Below are positions 30,113 through 40,639 of a stretch of DNA of 64,000 bases, piece after piece. This stretch comes from Beijerinckiaceae bacterium (GTDB taxonomy: Bacteria > Pseudomonadota > Alphaproteobacteria > Rhizobiales > Beijerinckiaceae): assembly GCA_030684835.1 (NCBI GenBank), contig JAUXWZ010000146.1, positions 24,425 through 88,424 on the forward strand, written 5' to 3'. The notes beneath the pieces were generated by a model, which had not been told where the DNA came from, did not search any database, and saw only the letters and a list, made by a program, of their open reading frames with translations. A program made the position numbers and the translations under genes. Every line of letters begins with the position of its first letter. Position 1 is the first letter of the stretch.

Positions 30113-30571
30113 ATGGCCGCAACGAAGAGCAAGCAGGATCTCGAAGGCGCACGTCAGAACCTGGGCGATTCAGAGAACGCTGAACGAGACCTCGCCGAGC
30201 GAGATCACACGGAGCGGGTCCGCGAGCGCGCTTATCAAATCTGGTTGCAGGAAGGGCGGCCGGAAAACCGCGCCGACGACCATTGGGACAAGGCCAGCGA
30301 ACTTGTCGCCATTGAGGACAATTACAAGGACACGCTGAAGCCTAACCCCATTGAAGAATACGCCAGACTGCCGCAGGGCGAACCTATCGAGCCTATCGAG
30401 GCCGTGCGGAATCTTGGCGAGTTTCCCACCCTGACGGATCAGGGCGAGGAGGTTGTCTTTCCAGATCCAAATCTGGCTGCCCCGGACGAAAGCCTCGCCC
30501 CGAAAAAGGCGCCGGCCAAGCCGGGACGCAAAGCGGCGCCCCGGTCGCCCGCGAAGAAAAAAGGGAAGTGA
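30113..30571 (+). CDS. DUF2934 domain protein
   Basis: ERVRERAYQIWLQEGRPENRADDHWDKA, with RBS AAGGGGA. Confidence 0.88.
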   Translation: MAATKSKQDLEGARQNLGDSENAERDLAERDHTERVRERAYQIWLQEGRPENRADDHWDKASELVAIEDNYKDTLKPNPIEEYARLPQGEPIEPIEAVRNLGEFPTLTDQGEEVVFPDPNLAAPDESLAPKKAPAKPGRKAAPRSPAKKKGK

Positions 30572-30575
30572 CGCC

Positions 30576-31460
30576 TCAGGCGCCGACGATCTTTTTCAGC
30601 TCGGCAAGAAATCCCGGACGAATGTCGTCGCGCGACATGGCGAAGGCGACATTGGCTGCAAGGAAGCCGACCTTGGAGCCGGTATCGTAGGTCTTGCCGT
30701 CAAAGCGCACGCCGTAAAACTTGCTCGTATCCGACAATTTCTTCATGCCGTCGGTGAGCTGGATTTCTCCCCCAGCGCCTTTCTCGATGTTGGCGAGGAT
30801 CGAGAATATTTGCGGCTCAAGGATGTATCGGCCGGAAATGATGAAGTTCGACGGCGAGGTTCCCTGTGGCGGCTTCTCGACCATCCCGGAAATCTCAAAC
30901 GTGTGGCCGAAGTCCTGACCAACCGAGACGACGCCATACATATGCGTGTCCTGCGGCGGCACTTCCTCGACCGCGATGATGTTGCCCTGATGCTTTTCAT
31001 AGGCCTCGATGCACTGACCGATGCAGCGGCCGCCGCGGGCGCCGGGAAGCGTAATCATGTCGGGAAGCATAACGGCGAAGGGCTCGTCGCCGATGATGTC
31101 GCGCGCGCACCACACCGCGTGGCCAAGGCCAAGAGGAGCCTGCTGACGGGTGAAGCTGGTTGCGCCAGCGGCAGGCAGATCGGCCATGAGGGCCTGGTAT
31201 TCTTTCAACTTGCCGCGCTTTTGCAGCGTGTCCTCGAGCTCGTAGGACATGTCGAAATGGTCTTCAATCACGGCCTTGTTGCGGCCGGTGACGAATACGA
31301 AATGCTCAATGCCCGCCTCGCGCGCCTCATCGACGCAATGTTGCAGCACTGGCCGGTCGACAACGGTCAGCATTTCCTTGGGAATCGTCTTGGTGGCTGG
31401 AAGTACGCGCGTGCCAAGACCCGCAACCGGAAACACCGCTTTTCTGATACGCTTCGTCAT
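30576..31460 (-). CDS. galU: UTP--glucose-1-phosphate uridylyltransferase
   Basis: KAVFPVAGLGTRVLPATKTIPKEML, LGLGHAVWCA, VEKP and GEIQLTD. Confidence 0.97.
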   Translation of the reverse strand: MTKRIRKAVFPVAGLGTRVLPATKTIPKEMLTVVDRPVLQHCVDEAREAGIEHFVFVTGRNKAVIEDHFDMSYELEDTLQKRGKLKEYQALMADLPAAGATSFTRQQAPLGLGHAVWCARDIIGDEPFAVMLPDMITLPGARGGRCIGQCIEAYEKHQGNIIAVEEVPPQDTHMYGVVSVGQDFGHTFEISGMVEKPPQGTSPSNFIISGRYILEPQIFSILANIEKGAGGEIQLTDGMKKLSDTSKFYGVRFDGKTYDTGSKVGFLAANVAFAMSRDDIRPGFLAELKKIVGA

Positions 31461-31614
31461 GAAATCTGATCCTTGCAGCAGTCAACGCCAGCAATGCGCC
31501 GGGCTTCCAACCCTTGGCAACAGGTCACCTGAAACTTTATCACTCGCGCTTAAGCTCCTTGTAGGGATCGTTCCTTAAGATCGGGTGACACACTTACATT
31601 AGGGAAGCGGACAA

Positions 31615-32604
31615 ATGACCGTGCTTGTGACCGGCGGCGCCGGCTATATCGGAAGCCATATGGTGCTGGAACTCCTTGATGCGGGGGAGAAGGTTGTCGT
31701 GCTCGACAATCTGTCCACGGGCTTCGCCTGGGCTGTGCCGCAGGGCGTTCCGCTCGTTGTCGGAGATTTTGGCGATGCGGCGGTGGTCAAGTCTTTGCTT
31801 GGGGAACACGACGTCACCGAGATCATCCACTTCGCCGCGAAGATCGTGGTGCCGGAATCGGTTGCTGATCCGCTTGGTTACTATCTTAATAACACCGCGA
31901 TGGCGCGCTCGCTAATTGCATGCGCCGTTGAGCACGGCGTGAAGCATTTCATCTTTTCATCAACGGCTGCCGTCTATGGCGACCCGGCGCGCTCACCCGT
32001 GACCGAGAGCGAGCCGCTGCATCCCATGTCGCCGTACGGGCGCTCGAAGCTCATGGTTGAATGGATGCTCGAAGACGTGTCGCGCGCGCATCCTATGAGC
32101 CATGTTGTGCTGCGATATTTCAACGTGGCGGGCGCCGATCCGAAGGGGCGCGTGGGTCAATCGACGCCCAACGCGACGCATCTCATCAAGGTGGCGGTGC
32201 AATCAGCCCTTGGCTTCCGGCCCGGCATGGAAGTGTTCGGCACGGATTATCCGACGCCGGACGGCTCTGGGGTCCGCGATTTCATCCAGGTGACGGACCT
32301 TGCGCGCGCGCATCTCGACGCGTTGCGTCATCTGCGCGCTGGGGGGGAAAGCACGACATGCAATGTCGGCTATCAGCGCGGCTATTCCGTGCTCGAAGTG
32401 ATCAAGCTCGTGAAGGAAATTTCTGGCGTCGACTTCCCCGTGAAACTGTCGGCGCGGCGACCCGGCGACGTGGGCTCTATCGTGGCCTCCAACGGCCACA
32501 TCCGCTCGGCCCTTGGTTGGACGCCAGAACACGACGACCTGCGCGCCATCTTGCAACAAGCGCTGGACTGGGAGCGTCGGCTGCATAATCGGCAGGGGGG
32601 CTGA
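31615..32604 (+). CDS. galE: UDP-glucose 4-epimerase
   Basis: TGGAGYIGSH, FSSTAAVYG, YGRSK, LRYFNVAGA and RDFIQV. Confidence 0.96.
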   Translation: MTVLVTGGAGYIGSHMVLELLDAGEKVVVLDNLSTGFAWAVPQGVPLVVGDFGDAAVVKSLLGEHDVTEIIHFAAKIVVPESVADPLGYYLNNTAMARSLIACAVEHGVKHFIFSSTAAVYGDPARSPVTESEPLHPMSPYGRSKLMVEWMLEDVSRAHPMSHVVLRYFNVAGADPKGRVGQSTPNATHLIKVAVQSALGFRPGMEVFGTDYPTPDGSGVRDFIQVTDLARAHLDALRHLRAGGESTTCNVGYQRGYSVLEVIKLVKEISGVDFPVKLSARRPGDVGSIVASNGHIRSALGWTPEHDDLRAILQQALDWERRLHNRQGG

Positions 32605-32701
32605 AGAGTCCTTACATACGCCGTTACACCCCCTAGACGCTTCGCCGCGTTGGATAATGCGCCCCTCGCCCCTATCTCTGTTGAAGAACAGAGGCGTATG
32701 A

Positions 32702-34078
32702 ATGGCTGACAACGAAGGCAACAGGTTTTCCGCACGTGCGGCGCGTTATGCGAGCGTGGGCGCGCGGGTGGGCGGCGTCGCGGTGCAGATGGCGGGCGCT
32801 CGGCTCGCGGGGCGCTCCATGGGCGATGCGGCTAACGCCGCTGCGCTGACTTTGGCGCTTGGCTCTCTCAAGGGCCCGCTAATGAAGGTCGCCCAGTTCA
32901 TGGCGACCATCCCCGAGGCGCTTCCTGCCGAATGGGCCGAGAAGCTACAGCAATTGCAGGCCAACGCGCCGCCAATGGGCGCTGCGTTCGTCAAGCGCCG
33001 CATGCAGGCGGAGCTGGGGCCGGACTGGCGAACGAAATTTGATTCGTTCGACCTTCATCCCGCACATGCCGCCTCGCTCGGGCAGGTCCACAAGGCGACC
33101 TCGCTGGATGGGGCGCCGCTCGCCTGCAAGCTGCAATATCCTGACATGCGTTCGGTTGTTGAAGCCGATCTCAAGCAGCTCGACGTGCTGTTCGCGCTGC
33201 GCCGACGTTTTGATGGGGCGGTCGATACACGCGAGATGGCGCAGGAAATCGGCGCCCGCGTGCGAGAAGAGCTCGACTACAAGCGGGAGGCCAAACACGT
33301 AGCGCTCTATCGCGACATTCTGGGCTCGGGCGAATTGGAAACCGACGTGCGCGTGCCTGGCGTGCGGCTCGAACTTTCGACGGGCCGACTGCTGACGCTT
33401 GACTGGCTTGAGGGCGAGCCGCTGTTGTCCTTCGTTGGCGCGCCGCAGGAAGAACGCAACACAATTGCGCGGGCTATGTTTCGCGCGTGGTGGCATCCGT
33501 TTGTGCGCCTCGGCATCATCCATGGCGACCCGCATCTGGGGAATTACAGCGTCTTTCGCGGCGCCGACGGCAAGGCGGCGGGCATCAACTTGCTCGATTA
33601 CGGATGCATCCGCATTTTCCCGCCGAAATTCGTGAAGGGCGTAATCGACCTTTATCGCGGCTTGCGCGACGGGGATGATGATCTTGTCGTGAAAGCTTAC
33701 GAGATCTGGGGCTTTCGCAATCTCAAGCCCGAACTCGTGGAAATCCTCAACATCTGGGCGCGGTTCATCTACGGGCCGCTGCTGGATGACCGCGAGCGCG
33801 CCATCGCGGAGGGCGTTTCGCCCGGCCAGTATGGCCGCGAGCAGGCTTTCAAGGTCCACAGGGGCTTGAAGGAAAAGGGACCGGTCACCATACCGCGTGA
33901 ATTCGTGTTCATGGACCGGGCCGCCATCGGGCTTGGCGGCGGTTTTCTGCATCTCGATGCGCGGCTGAATTTCTTCCGCATGTTTAACGAGGCGCTGGGC
34001 GAATTTGACATGGAGGCTATGGCGGCAGGCCAACGCGCCGCGTTGGAGCGAGCAGGGCTGACGGCGGGCTTCGACTAA
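32702..34078 (+). CDS. ABC1/AarF/UbiB atypical kinase
   Basis: LKGPLMKVAQ, AASLGQVHKA, CKLQYP, HGDPHLGN and LLDYGC. Confidence 0.92.
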   Translation: MADNEGNRFSARAARYASVGARVGGVAVQMAGARLAGRSMGDAANAAALTLALGSLKGPLMKVAQFMATIPEALPAEWAEKLQQLQANAPPMGAAFVKRRMQAELGPDWRTKFDSFDLHPAHAASLGQVHKATSLDGAPLACKLQYPDMRSVVEADLKQLDVLFALRRRFDGAVDTREMAQEIGARVREELDYKREAKHVALYRDILGSGELETDVRVPGVRLELSTGRLLTLDWLEGEPLLSFVGAPQEERNTIARAMFRAWWHPFVRLGIIHGDPHLGNYSVFRGADGKAAGINLLDYGCIRIFPPKFVKGVIDLYRGLRDGDDDLVVKAYEIWGFRNLKPELVEILNIWARFIYGPLLDDRERAIAEGVSPGQYGREQAFKVHRGLKEKGPVTIPREFVFMDRAAIGLGGGFLHLDARLNFFRMFNEALGEFDMEAMAAGQRAALERAGLTAGFD

Positions 34079-34213
34079 AGTGCGCGTTCCCGCCCGGCGC
34101 AAGGTCAGCATTGTAAGCCTCGCCCACGACATTTGTAGGGGATCGCGCAGATTGCGAGGCTGCTGCGATTGCGCTACTTCTCTGCTGGACGTTTTTTCGA
34201 ACTAGAGGGCGAA

Positions 34214-34366
34214 ATGGCCGACCACGGGCACGACAACGCCGCCGGGCACCCGGCGATGGACTATTCCGAGCATGAGAAGACCTACAAACTGTTCCTCGTT
34301 CTGGCCAAATGGACGACAATCGTCAGCGTGGCCATTCTCGTCCTGATGGCGGCAACCCTCCTCTGA
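34214..34366 (+). CDS. aa3-type cytochrome c oxidase subunit IV
   Basis: MDYSEHEKTYKLF followed by a single TM helix. Confidence 0.88.
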   Translation: MADHGHDNAAGHPAMDYSEHEKTYKLFLVLAKWTTIVSVAILVLMAATLL

Positions 34367-34478
34367 TCATTCCCGTCTGATGCGGGGCAGGGGCTGGCTT
34401 TCCGTCGGCCTCAGAGGCTCCCGGGACTGACCAATCCAGGAAAGACCGCTGATTCCACTCCCCCCACCGGAGTACCTC

Positions 34479-35642
34479 ATGCGCATAGCCGTGCCTGCCG
34501 AGACACAGGGTGAGGAGCCGCGGGTCGCTGCTACGCCCGAAACGGTCAAACGCTACAAGGCGATGGGCGCCGAGGTTGTGGTCCAAAAGGGCGCTGGCCT
34601 TTCCTCGGGCGTCACGGACGCAGACTATGAGGCGGCAGGCGCCATCACCGTCGTCACTCCCGCTGAGGCGATTGCGGGCGCGGACATTATTCTGAGCGTG
34701 CGCAGGCCGGACGCCATCGCGCTGGCGGGCGTCAAGCCGGGCGCCGCGCTCATTTGCATCGCGGACCCCTACGGCGCAGACGCTGCCCTCGCCGATCTGG
34801 CGAAAACCGGCGTCAGTGCGTTCGCCATGGAATTCATGCCCCGCATCACGCGCGCGCAGGTGATGGACGTCCTGTCCTCCCAGGCCAACCTTGCCGGCTA
34901 TCGCGCCGTGATCGACGGCGCGGGCGAATATGGCCGCGCGCTGCCGATGATGATGACGGCGGCGGGCACTGTGCCGGCGGCTCGTATTTTCATCATGGGC
35001 GTGGGCGTTGCCGGGCTTCAGGCCATTGCGACAGCGCGTCGCATGGGAGCCATCGTCACCGCGACGGACGTGCGCCCCGCCACCAAGGAGCAGGTCGAGT
35101 CGCTGGGCGCGAAATTCCTCGCCGTCGAGGATGACGAATTCAAGCAGGCGCAGACTGCGGGCGGCTACGCCAAGGAAATGTCGAAAGACTATCAGGCCAA
35201 ACAGGCCGAATTGACCGCCAGCCACATCGCCAAGCAGGACATCGTCATCACGACCGCACTGATTCCCGGCCGGCCCGCGCCCAAGTTGATCTCCGCGGCG
35301 ATGGTGGCCTCCATGCGGCAGGGTTCTGTGATTGTGGATCTTGCGGTCGAGCGTGGTGGAAACTGCGAATTGTCGAGGCCCGGCGAAGTGTTCGTCACCG
35401 ACAACGGCGTTAAGATCGTCGGCCACCTCAACGTGCCGGGCCGCATCGCGGCGACCGCGTCGGCGCTTTACGCCAAAAACCTTTTCTCCTACCTTGAAAC
35501 CCTCGTGGGCAAGGAGACGAAGGAGCTTGCCATCAACTGGGATGACGAGCTCGTGCGCGCGACGTTGCTGACGCGCGACGGCGCTGTCGTGCATCCGAAC
35601 TTCCTGCTCAACTCATCGCCCAATTTCCTGCCAAAGTCGTGA
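34479..35642 (+). CDS. pntAA: NAD(P) transhydrogenase alpha part 1 (dI)
   Basis: [40 protein letters not shown] and [12 protein letters not shown]. Confidence 0.97.
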   Translation: MRIAVPAETQGEEPRVAATPETVKRYKAMGAEVVVQKGAGLSSGVTDADYEAAGAITVVTPAEAIAGADIILSVRRPDAIALAGVKPGAALICIADPYGADAALADLAKTGVSAFAMEFMPRITRAQVMDVLSSQANLAGYRAVIDGAGEYGRALPMMMTAAGTVPAARIFIMGVGVAGLQAIATARRMGAIVTATDVRPATKEQVESLGAKFLAVEDDEFKQAQTAGGYAKEMSKDYQAKQAELTASHIAKQDIVITTALIPGRPAPKLISAAMVASMRQGSVIVDLAVERGGNCELSRPGEVFVTDNGVKIVGHLNVPGRIAATASALYAKNLFSYLETLVGKETKELAINWDDELVRATLLTRDGAVVHPNFLLNSSPNFLPKS

Positions 35643-35694
35643 GCCGCCCGGCCATGACAGGCATTTGTCTTCTTGCTCGCAAAGGGGCGCGCCC

Positions 35695-36096
35695 ATGCTG
35701 AAGGAAGCGTCGCAGACCATCACCCAAATGACGTCCGACGCGGCGCCCGCCGCGCTCGAGACCATCGGCGCAGTCGCAGGCGTTGCGACGGGCGTAGACC
35801 CGTTTGTCTTCCAGTTCGCGATGTTCGTGATGGCGATCTTCGTCGGCTATTACGTGGTGTGGGCGGTGACGCCTGCGCTGCATACGCCGCTGATGTCGGT
35901 CACCAACGCCATCTCGTCCGTCATCGTTGTGGGTGCGCTGTTGTCTGTGGGCGTTCCCAGCGTTGGCGCAACGGACAGCGGGCCCTTCTGGGCGGGCGTG
36001 TTCGGCTTTATCGCGCTGATCCTTGCAAGCGTGAACATCTTCGGCGGCTTCCTTGTCACCGAGCGCATGCTTTCGATGTACAAGAAAAAGGGCTGA
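35695..36096 (+). CDS. pntAB: NAD(P) transhydrogenase alpha part 2
   Basis: [18 protein letters not shown] and [13 protein letters not shown]. Confidence 0.96.
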   Translation: MLKEASQTITQMTSDAAPAALETIGAVAGVATGVDPFVFQFAMFVMAIFVGYYVVWAVTPALHTPLMSVTNAISSVIVVGALLSVGVPSVGATDSGPFWAGVFGFIALILASVNIFGGFLVTERMLSMYKKKG

Positions 36097-36102
36097 GGCC
36101 AC

Positions 36103-37506
36103 ATGAGCGCCAATCTCGCAGCCCTTCTTTATCTCGTCGCCGGCGTCCTCTTCATCCTGTCGCTGCGCGGGCTCTCTTCGCCCGCCACATCACGCCAGGG
36201 CAATCTCTTCGGCATGATCGGCATGGGCGTCGCTGTCGTGACCACGCTGATGTATGCCCCGCCGTCAGGCCTTGGCAGCTGGCTCTATGTCATAGGCGGC
36301 ATCGCCATTGGCGGCGGGATCGGCGTTTGGCGCGCACGCACCGTGAAGATGACGGATATGCCACAGCTTGTGGCGTTCTTTCACGCGCTCGTCGGTCTTG
36401 CCGCAGTACTGGTAGCGGCGGGCGCACTGAACGCGCCGCAGGCTTTCGGTCTCGGTGCGCCGGGCAGGATCAGCAGCGTCACTTTGTTTGAAATGTCGCT
36501 TGGCGCAGCTATCGGCGCGATCACCTTCACCGGTTCGATCATCGCGTTCCTGAAACTCGACGGCCGCATGTCCGGCAAGCCGATCATGTTGCCACACAGG
36601 CACATCATCAACATCGCGTTGGCGCTTTGGCTGACGCTGCTCATCATGGGCTTCCTGCAGTCAGGCAGTCATGTGCTGTTCTGGCTGATCGTGTTCGTGT
36701 CGTTTGCGCTGGGCGTGTTGCTGATCGTGCCAATAGGCGGTGCGGACATGCCGGTTGTCGTTTCGATGCTCAATTCGTATTCGGGCTGGGCGGCCGCGGG
36801 CATTGGCTTCACGCTTGGCAACATGGCGCTCATCATCACGGGCGCGCTCGTGGGTTCGTCGGGCGCGATCCTGTCCTACATCATGTGCAAGGGTATGAAT
36901 CGCTCGTTCATATCGGTCATCCTCGGCGGCTTCGGCGGTGAGACAGATGCAGGCGTTGCAGGCGCAGTGGAGACGCGGCCCGTCAAGCAAGGCTCGGCTG
37001 AAGACGCAGCCTATGTCATGAAAAACGCCGCGAAGGTCATCATCGTGCCCGGCTATGGCATGGCGGTGGCGCAGGCGCAGCACACGCTGCGGGAGATGGC
37101 GGACCTGCTTAAAAAAGAAGGCGTCGAGATCAAATACGCGATCCATCCCGTCGCGGGTCGTATGCCCGGCCACATGAACGTGCTGCTGGCGGAAGCCAAC
37201 GTGCCTTATGATGAAGTCTTCGAACTTGAGGACATCAACTCGGAATTCGCGCAGGCCGACGTCGCGTTCGTGATCGGCGCCAATGACGTAACAAACCCAT
37301 CCGCGAAAACCGATCCCAAGTCGCCTATTTACGGCATGCCGATCCTTGATGTGGACAAGGCGAAGACCGTGCTGTTCATCAAGCGCGGCATGGGATCTGG
37401 ATACGCTGGCGTCGAGAACGAGTTGTTCTTCCGCGACAACACGATGATGCTGTTCGCCGACGCCAAGAAGATGGTCGAGAATATCGTCAAGGCGCTGGCC
37501 CATTGA
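36103..37506 (+). CDS. pntB: NAD(P) transhydrogenase beta subunit
   Basis: MPQLVAFFH, GGADMPVVVSMLNSYSG, PGYGMAVAQAQ and HPVAGRMPGHMNVLLAEA. Confidence 0.98.
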   Translation: MSANLAALLYLVAGVLFILSLRGLSSPATSRQGNLFGMIGMGVAVVTTLMYAPPSGLGSWLYVIGGIAIGGGIGVWRARTVKMTDMPQLVAFFHALVGLAAVLVAAGALNAPQAFGLGAPGRISSVTLFEMSLGAAIGAITFTGSIIAFLKLDGRMSGKPIMLPHRHIINIALALWLTLLIMGFLQSGSHVLFWLIVFVSFALGVLLIVPIGGADMPVVVSMLNSYSGWAAAGIGFTLGNMALIITGALVGSSGAILSYIMCKGMNRSFISVILGGFGGETDAGVAGAVETRPVKQGSAEDAAYVMKNAAKVIIVPGYGMAVAQAQHTLREMADLLKKEGVEIKYAIHPVAGRMPGHMNVLLAEANVPYDEVFELEDINSEFAQADVAFVIGANDVTNPSAKTDPKSPIYGMPILDVDKAKTVLFIKRGMGSGYAGVENELFFRDNTMMLFADAKKMVENIVKALAH

Positions 37507-37531
37507 GGGAGCGTCGGCGCGGGGCGCCAAC

Positions 37532-38344
37532 GTGCAGGCTTTGAGGAGTTTCCTCATTGTCGCGGTGAGCGTTTATCTCGCGCTCGTCGCGGCGTTGTTT
37601 TTCATGCAGCGTTCGCTGCTCTATCTGCCCAATCCATCCGACATGGAGGCGATGCGCGCGACGATGCCGGGCGTCGAGCGATTGACCCTCAAAAGCGCCG
37701 ATGGCGAGACGCTGGTCGCCTGGCATCACCCGCCCCGCGAGGGACAGCCGGTTTTCATTTATCTGCACGGCAATGGCGCCAATCTCACTGCGCGTAACAG
37801 GCGGCTGATGGCGCTGGTGGAACAGGGCTGGGGTTTTTTGGGCGTCAGCTACCGCGGATACGGCGGCTCGACAGGTTCGCCGACTGAGGATGGTCTGATC
37901 GCCGATGCGGAGGCGGGTTATGCGAAGGCGCGCGAACTTGGCTTCGACTCCAATCGCATTTTCCTGTTTGGCGAATCGCTTGGCAGCGGCGTCGCCATCG
38001 CGCTTGCCGCGAAGCGTGAGGTGCGCGGCGTCGTGCTTGAATCGCCGTTTTCATCCATCGCTGACGTGGCGGCCGCGATCTACTGGTATGTGCCGGTTCG
38101 TTATCTCTTGCACGATCAATTCCGCTCCGATGAGCGCGTGAAGAATGTGCGCGCGCCGCTATTTATCATGCACGGCGACGCTGACCGCGTGGTGCCGATC
38201 GGCTTCGGCGAAAAGTTGTTTGCCGCCGCCAATGAGCCGAAAGAATTGTTCCGCGTGCCTGGCGCCGGCCATCAACCGCTGGATCATCCGCCCGCGCAGA
38301 GGCGGCTTGTGGAATGGGTGAATGAGGTGATGAAGGGGAAGTGA
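37532..38344 (+). CDS. Alpha/beta hydrolase (YfhR/ABHD-like) with N-terminal anchor
   Basis: YLHGNGAN, YRGYGGSTGSPTE, nucleophile GESLG, HGDADRVVP and C-terminal His. Confidence 0.92.
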   Translation: MQALRSFLIVAVSVYLALVAALFFMQRSLLYLPNPSDMEAMRATMPGVERLTLKSADGETLVAWHHPPREGQPVFIYLHGNGANLTARNRRLMALVEQGWGFLGVSYRGYGGSTGSPTEDGLIADAEAGYAKARELGFDSNRIFLFGESLGSGVAIALAAKREVRGVVLESPFSSIADVAAAIYWYVPVRYLLHDQFRSDERVKNVRAPLFIMHGDADRVVPIGFGEKLFAAANEPKELFRVPGAGHQPLDHPPAQRRLVEWVNEVMKGK

Positions 38345-38348
38345 GAGA

Positions 38349-38491
38349 CCCCTCATCCGACCTTCCTGCGCAAGGCCACTTCTCCCGCAAGGGAAGAATG
38401 AAAGAGCACCCCAAACCAGCATGAAACATGATCGTAGACGCCCTCTCTCCTTGCGGGAAAGGGCGTCAGGCGCAGCCTGACGGGTGAGGGG
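38349..38491. repeat. RIME-like element: two inverted copies of a palindromic unit
   Basis: Arm A CCCCTCATCCGACC...CTTCTCCCGCAAGGGAAGAA (38349-38398) and inverted arm B CCCTCTCTCCTTGCGGGAAAGGG...GGGTGAGGGG (38441-38491) lie between convergent genes. Confidence 0.8.
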
Positions 38492-38492
38492 C

Positions 38493-40394
38493 CTAAACCC
38501 CCTTCTTTTGCAACGCGTCGCCGATCTCGTCGAGAATCGCAGGATCATCAATGGTCGCTGGCGTTGACCATTCGTCGTGATCGGCGATTTTTTTCATCGT
38601 GCCGCGCAGGATTTTGCCCGAACGCGTCTTTGGCAGACGGTCCACCACAACAGCCGTCTTGAAGGCGGCGACCGGGCCGATCTTCTCGCGCACGAGCGCC
38701 ACGATCTCCTTCTCGATAGTTGCGGGATCGCGATCAACGCCTGCTTTCAGCACAATGAAGCCCAGCGGCGCTTCGCCCTTCAGCGCATCCTTCATGCCGA
38801 TGACAGCGCATTCCGCGACGTTGGGATGGGAGGCGAGAACCTCCTCCATTCCGCCGGTCGAAAGGCGATGGCCAGCGACGTTGATGATGTCGTCGGTGCG
38901 GCCCATGATGTAGAGATAGCCGCCAGAATCGCGAAAGCCCGCGTCGGCGGTTTTGTAAAAGCCGGGGAACTCGGAGAGGTAACTCTCGCTCATGCGTTCG
39001 TCGTTCTGCCACAGCGTCGGCAGGCATCCCGGCGGCAGGGGCAGTTTGATGACGATGGAACCCATTTTGCCGTCTTCCACGGGCTTTGCGGCTTCATCGA
39101 CGATGCGCACGTCATAGCCGGGCATCGGCACGGTGGGCGAGCCGTGCTTTACCGGCAGCAGGCCGAGGCCTACCGGGTTGCCGACGATGCACCAGCCGGT
39201 TTCCGTCTGCCACCAGTGATCAACGACGGGCACGCCAAGGATACGCTCGGCCCACGCAACAGTGTCCGGGTCTGCGCGTTCACCGGCGAGGAAAAGCGTG
39301 CGCAGCGATTTCGTAGAATAGCGCGCGAGATATTTTGCCTCGGGGTCTTCCTTCTTGATAGCGCGGAAGGCGGTCGGCGCGGTGAACAGCGCGGTGATCT
39401 TGTAGTCTTCGATCATCCGCCAGAACGCGCCCGGATCAGGTGTGCCGACGGGCTTGCCCTCGTAGCAAACGGTCGTCGCGCCATGCAGCAGCGGCGCATA
39501 GACGATGTAGCTGTGTCCCACTACCCAGCCCACATCCGAGGCGGCCCAGAACACTTCGCCCGGCTCGATGCCGTACATGTTCTTCATCGACCATTTGAGC
39601 GCGACCATGTGGCCGCCGTTGTCGCGCACGACGCCCTTTGGAATTCCAGTCGTGCCGGACGTGTAGAGAATGTAGAGCGGATCGGTCGCTGCGAGTTCGA
39701 CGCAGGGCGCCATCTTGCCCGCACCTTTCGCGGCGGCGACCAGCGCGGCCCAGTCATGGTCGCGGCCCGCGATCATGGTCGCGGCTTCGTGCGGGCGTTG
39801 CAGCAGGATCACTGATTGCGGCTTGGCGGACGAGAGGTCTATCGCCTGATCGAGCAACGGTTTGTACCTGACGATGCGGCCCGGCTCGATGCCGCACGAT
39901 GCGGTGAGCACGAGTTTGGGTTTGGCGTCATCGATGCGCGTCGCAAGCTCCTTCGCCGCGAAGCCGCCGAACACGACAGAGTGAATGGCGCCAATGCGCG
40001 CGCAGGCGAGCATCGCCATCACCGCGTCGGGAATCATCGGCATGTAGACGATGACGCGGTCGCCCTTGCCGACGCCCTGATCCTGCAAGACAGCCGCAAG
40101 CGTGGCGACCTCATCGCGCAATTCGCCATAGGTGTAGATGCGTTTGGCGTCGGCGAGGGGGCTGTCGTAAATCAGCGCCGCCTGCGCGCCGCGTCCGCCG
40201 TCGGCGTGGCGATCGAGCGCGTTGTAGCAGGTGTTGCAAGTGGCGTCGGGGAACCAGTGGCCATAGACGCCCGCGTCCGCGTCGAAGATTCGCGTCGGCG
40301 GCTTGATCCAGTCGACCTCGCGCGCGGCCTGTGCCCAGAACGCCTCGGGGTTCGCCCGCCAGGCGCCATATACATCGTCATATCGGCTCGCCAT
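38493..40394 (-). CDS. prpE: Propionyl-CoA synthetase
   Basis: CNTCYNALDRH, HSVVFGGFA, YTSGTTGIPKG, DHWWQTETG, GRTDDIINVAGHRLS and PKTRSGKILR. Confidence 0.9.
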   Translation of the reverse strand: MASRYDDVYGAWRANPEAFWAQAAREVDWIKPPTRIFDADAGVYGHWFPDATCNTCYNALDRHADGGRGAQAALIYDSPLADAKRIYTYGELRDEVATLAAVLQDQGVGKGDRVIVYMPMIPDAVMAMLACARIGAIHSVVFGGFAAKELATRIDDAKPKLVLTASCGIEPGRIVRYKPLLDQAIDLSSAKPQSVILLQRPHEAATMIAGRDHDWAALVAAAKGAGKMAPCVELAATDPLYILYTSGTTGIPKGVVRDNGGHMVALKWSMKNMYGIEPGEVFWAASDVGWVVGHSYIVYAPLLHGATTVCYEGKPVGTPDPGAFWRMIEDYKITALFTAPTAFRAIKKEDPEAKYLARYSTKSLRTLFLAGERADPDTVAWAERILGVPVVDHWWQTETGWCIVGNPVGLGLLPVKHGSPTVPMPGYDVRIVDEAAKPVEDGKMGSIVIKLPLPPGCLPTLWQNDERMSESYLSEFPGFYKTADAGFRDSGGYLYIMGRTDDIINVAGHRLSTGGMEEVLASHPNVAECAVIGMKDALKGEAPLGFIVLKAGVDRDPATIEKEIVALVREKIGPVAAFKTAVVVDRLPKTRSGKILRGTMKKIADHDEWSTPATIDDPAILDEIGDALQKKGV

Positions 40395-40639
40395 CGCAAC
40401 CTCCCTGGGCTGTCGTTTACCGGCGGCGCGCGGGGCCGCCCGTTCGGGGCGAATGTCCTGCCTTCGACGTAGCAACGCAATGTCGCGCGTCTTATCTTTT
40501 CGGACTAAGAAGAAGGGAGAGTCGTCCCCGTCCTGCGCACCCTTCGCATCATCATGTTCGCCCAAACGCCTTCGCAGCGTTCATCTCTCTTGCTCACGCC
40601 TTGCTGGCGCGCGCCTTCTGTCTGCGCACGCAGGGCGCG

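Noticed and set aside
31540-31600. TTAA sites in the galU/galE divergent promoter
   Set aside because: Spacing and second halves do not match the CtrA consensus.
35594-35642. PNFL repeated twice at the PntAA C-terminus
   Set aside because: Only 4 codons with synonymous differences in a variable tail. Too weak to interpret.
34214-37506. Cytochrome oxidase subunit IV gene beside the transhydrogenase operon
   Set aside because: I recall this as a routine arrangement in Rhizobiales, so it is not a novelty.
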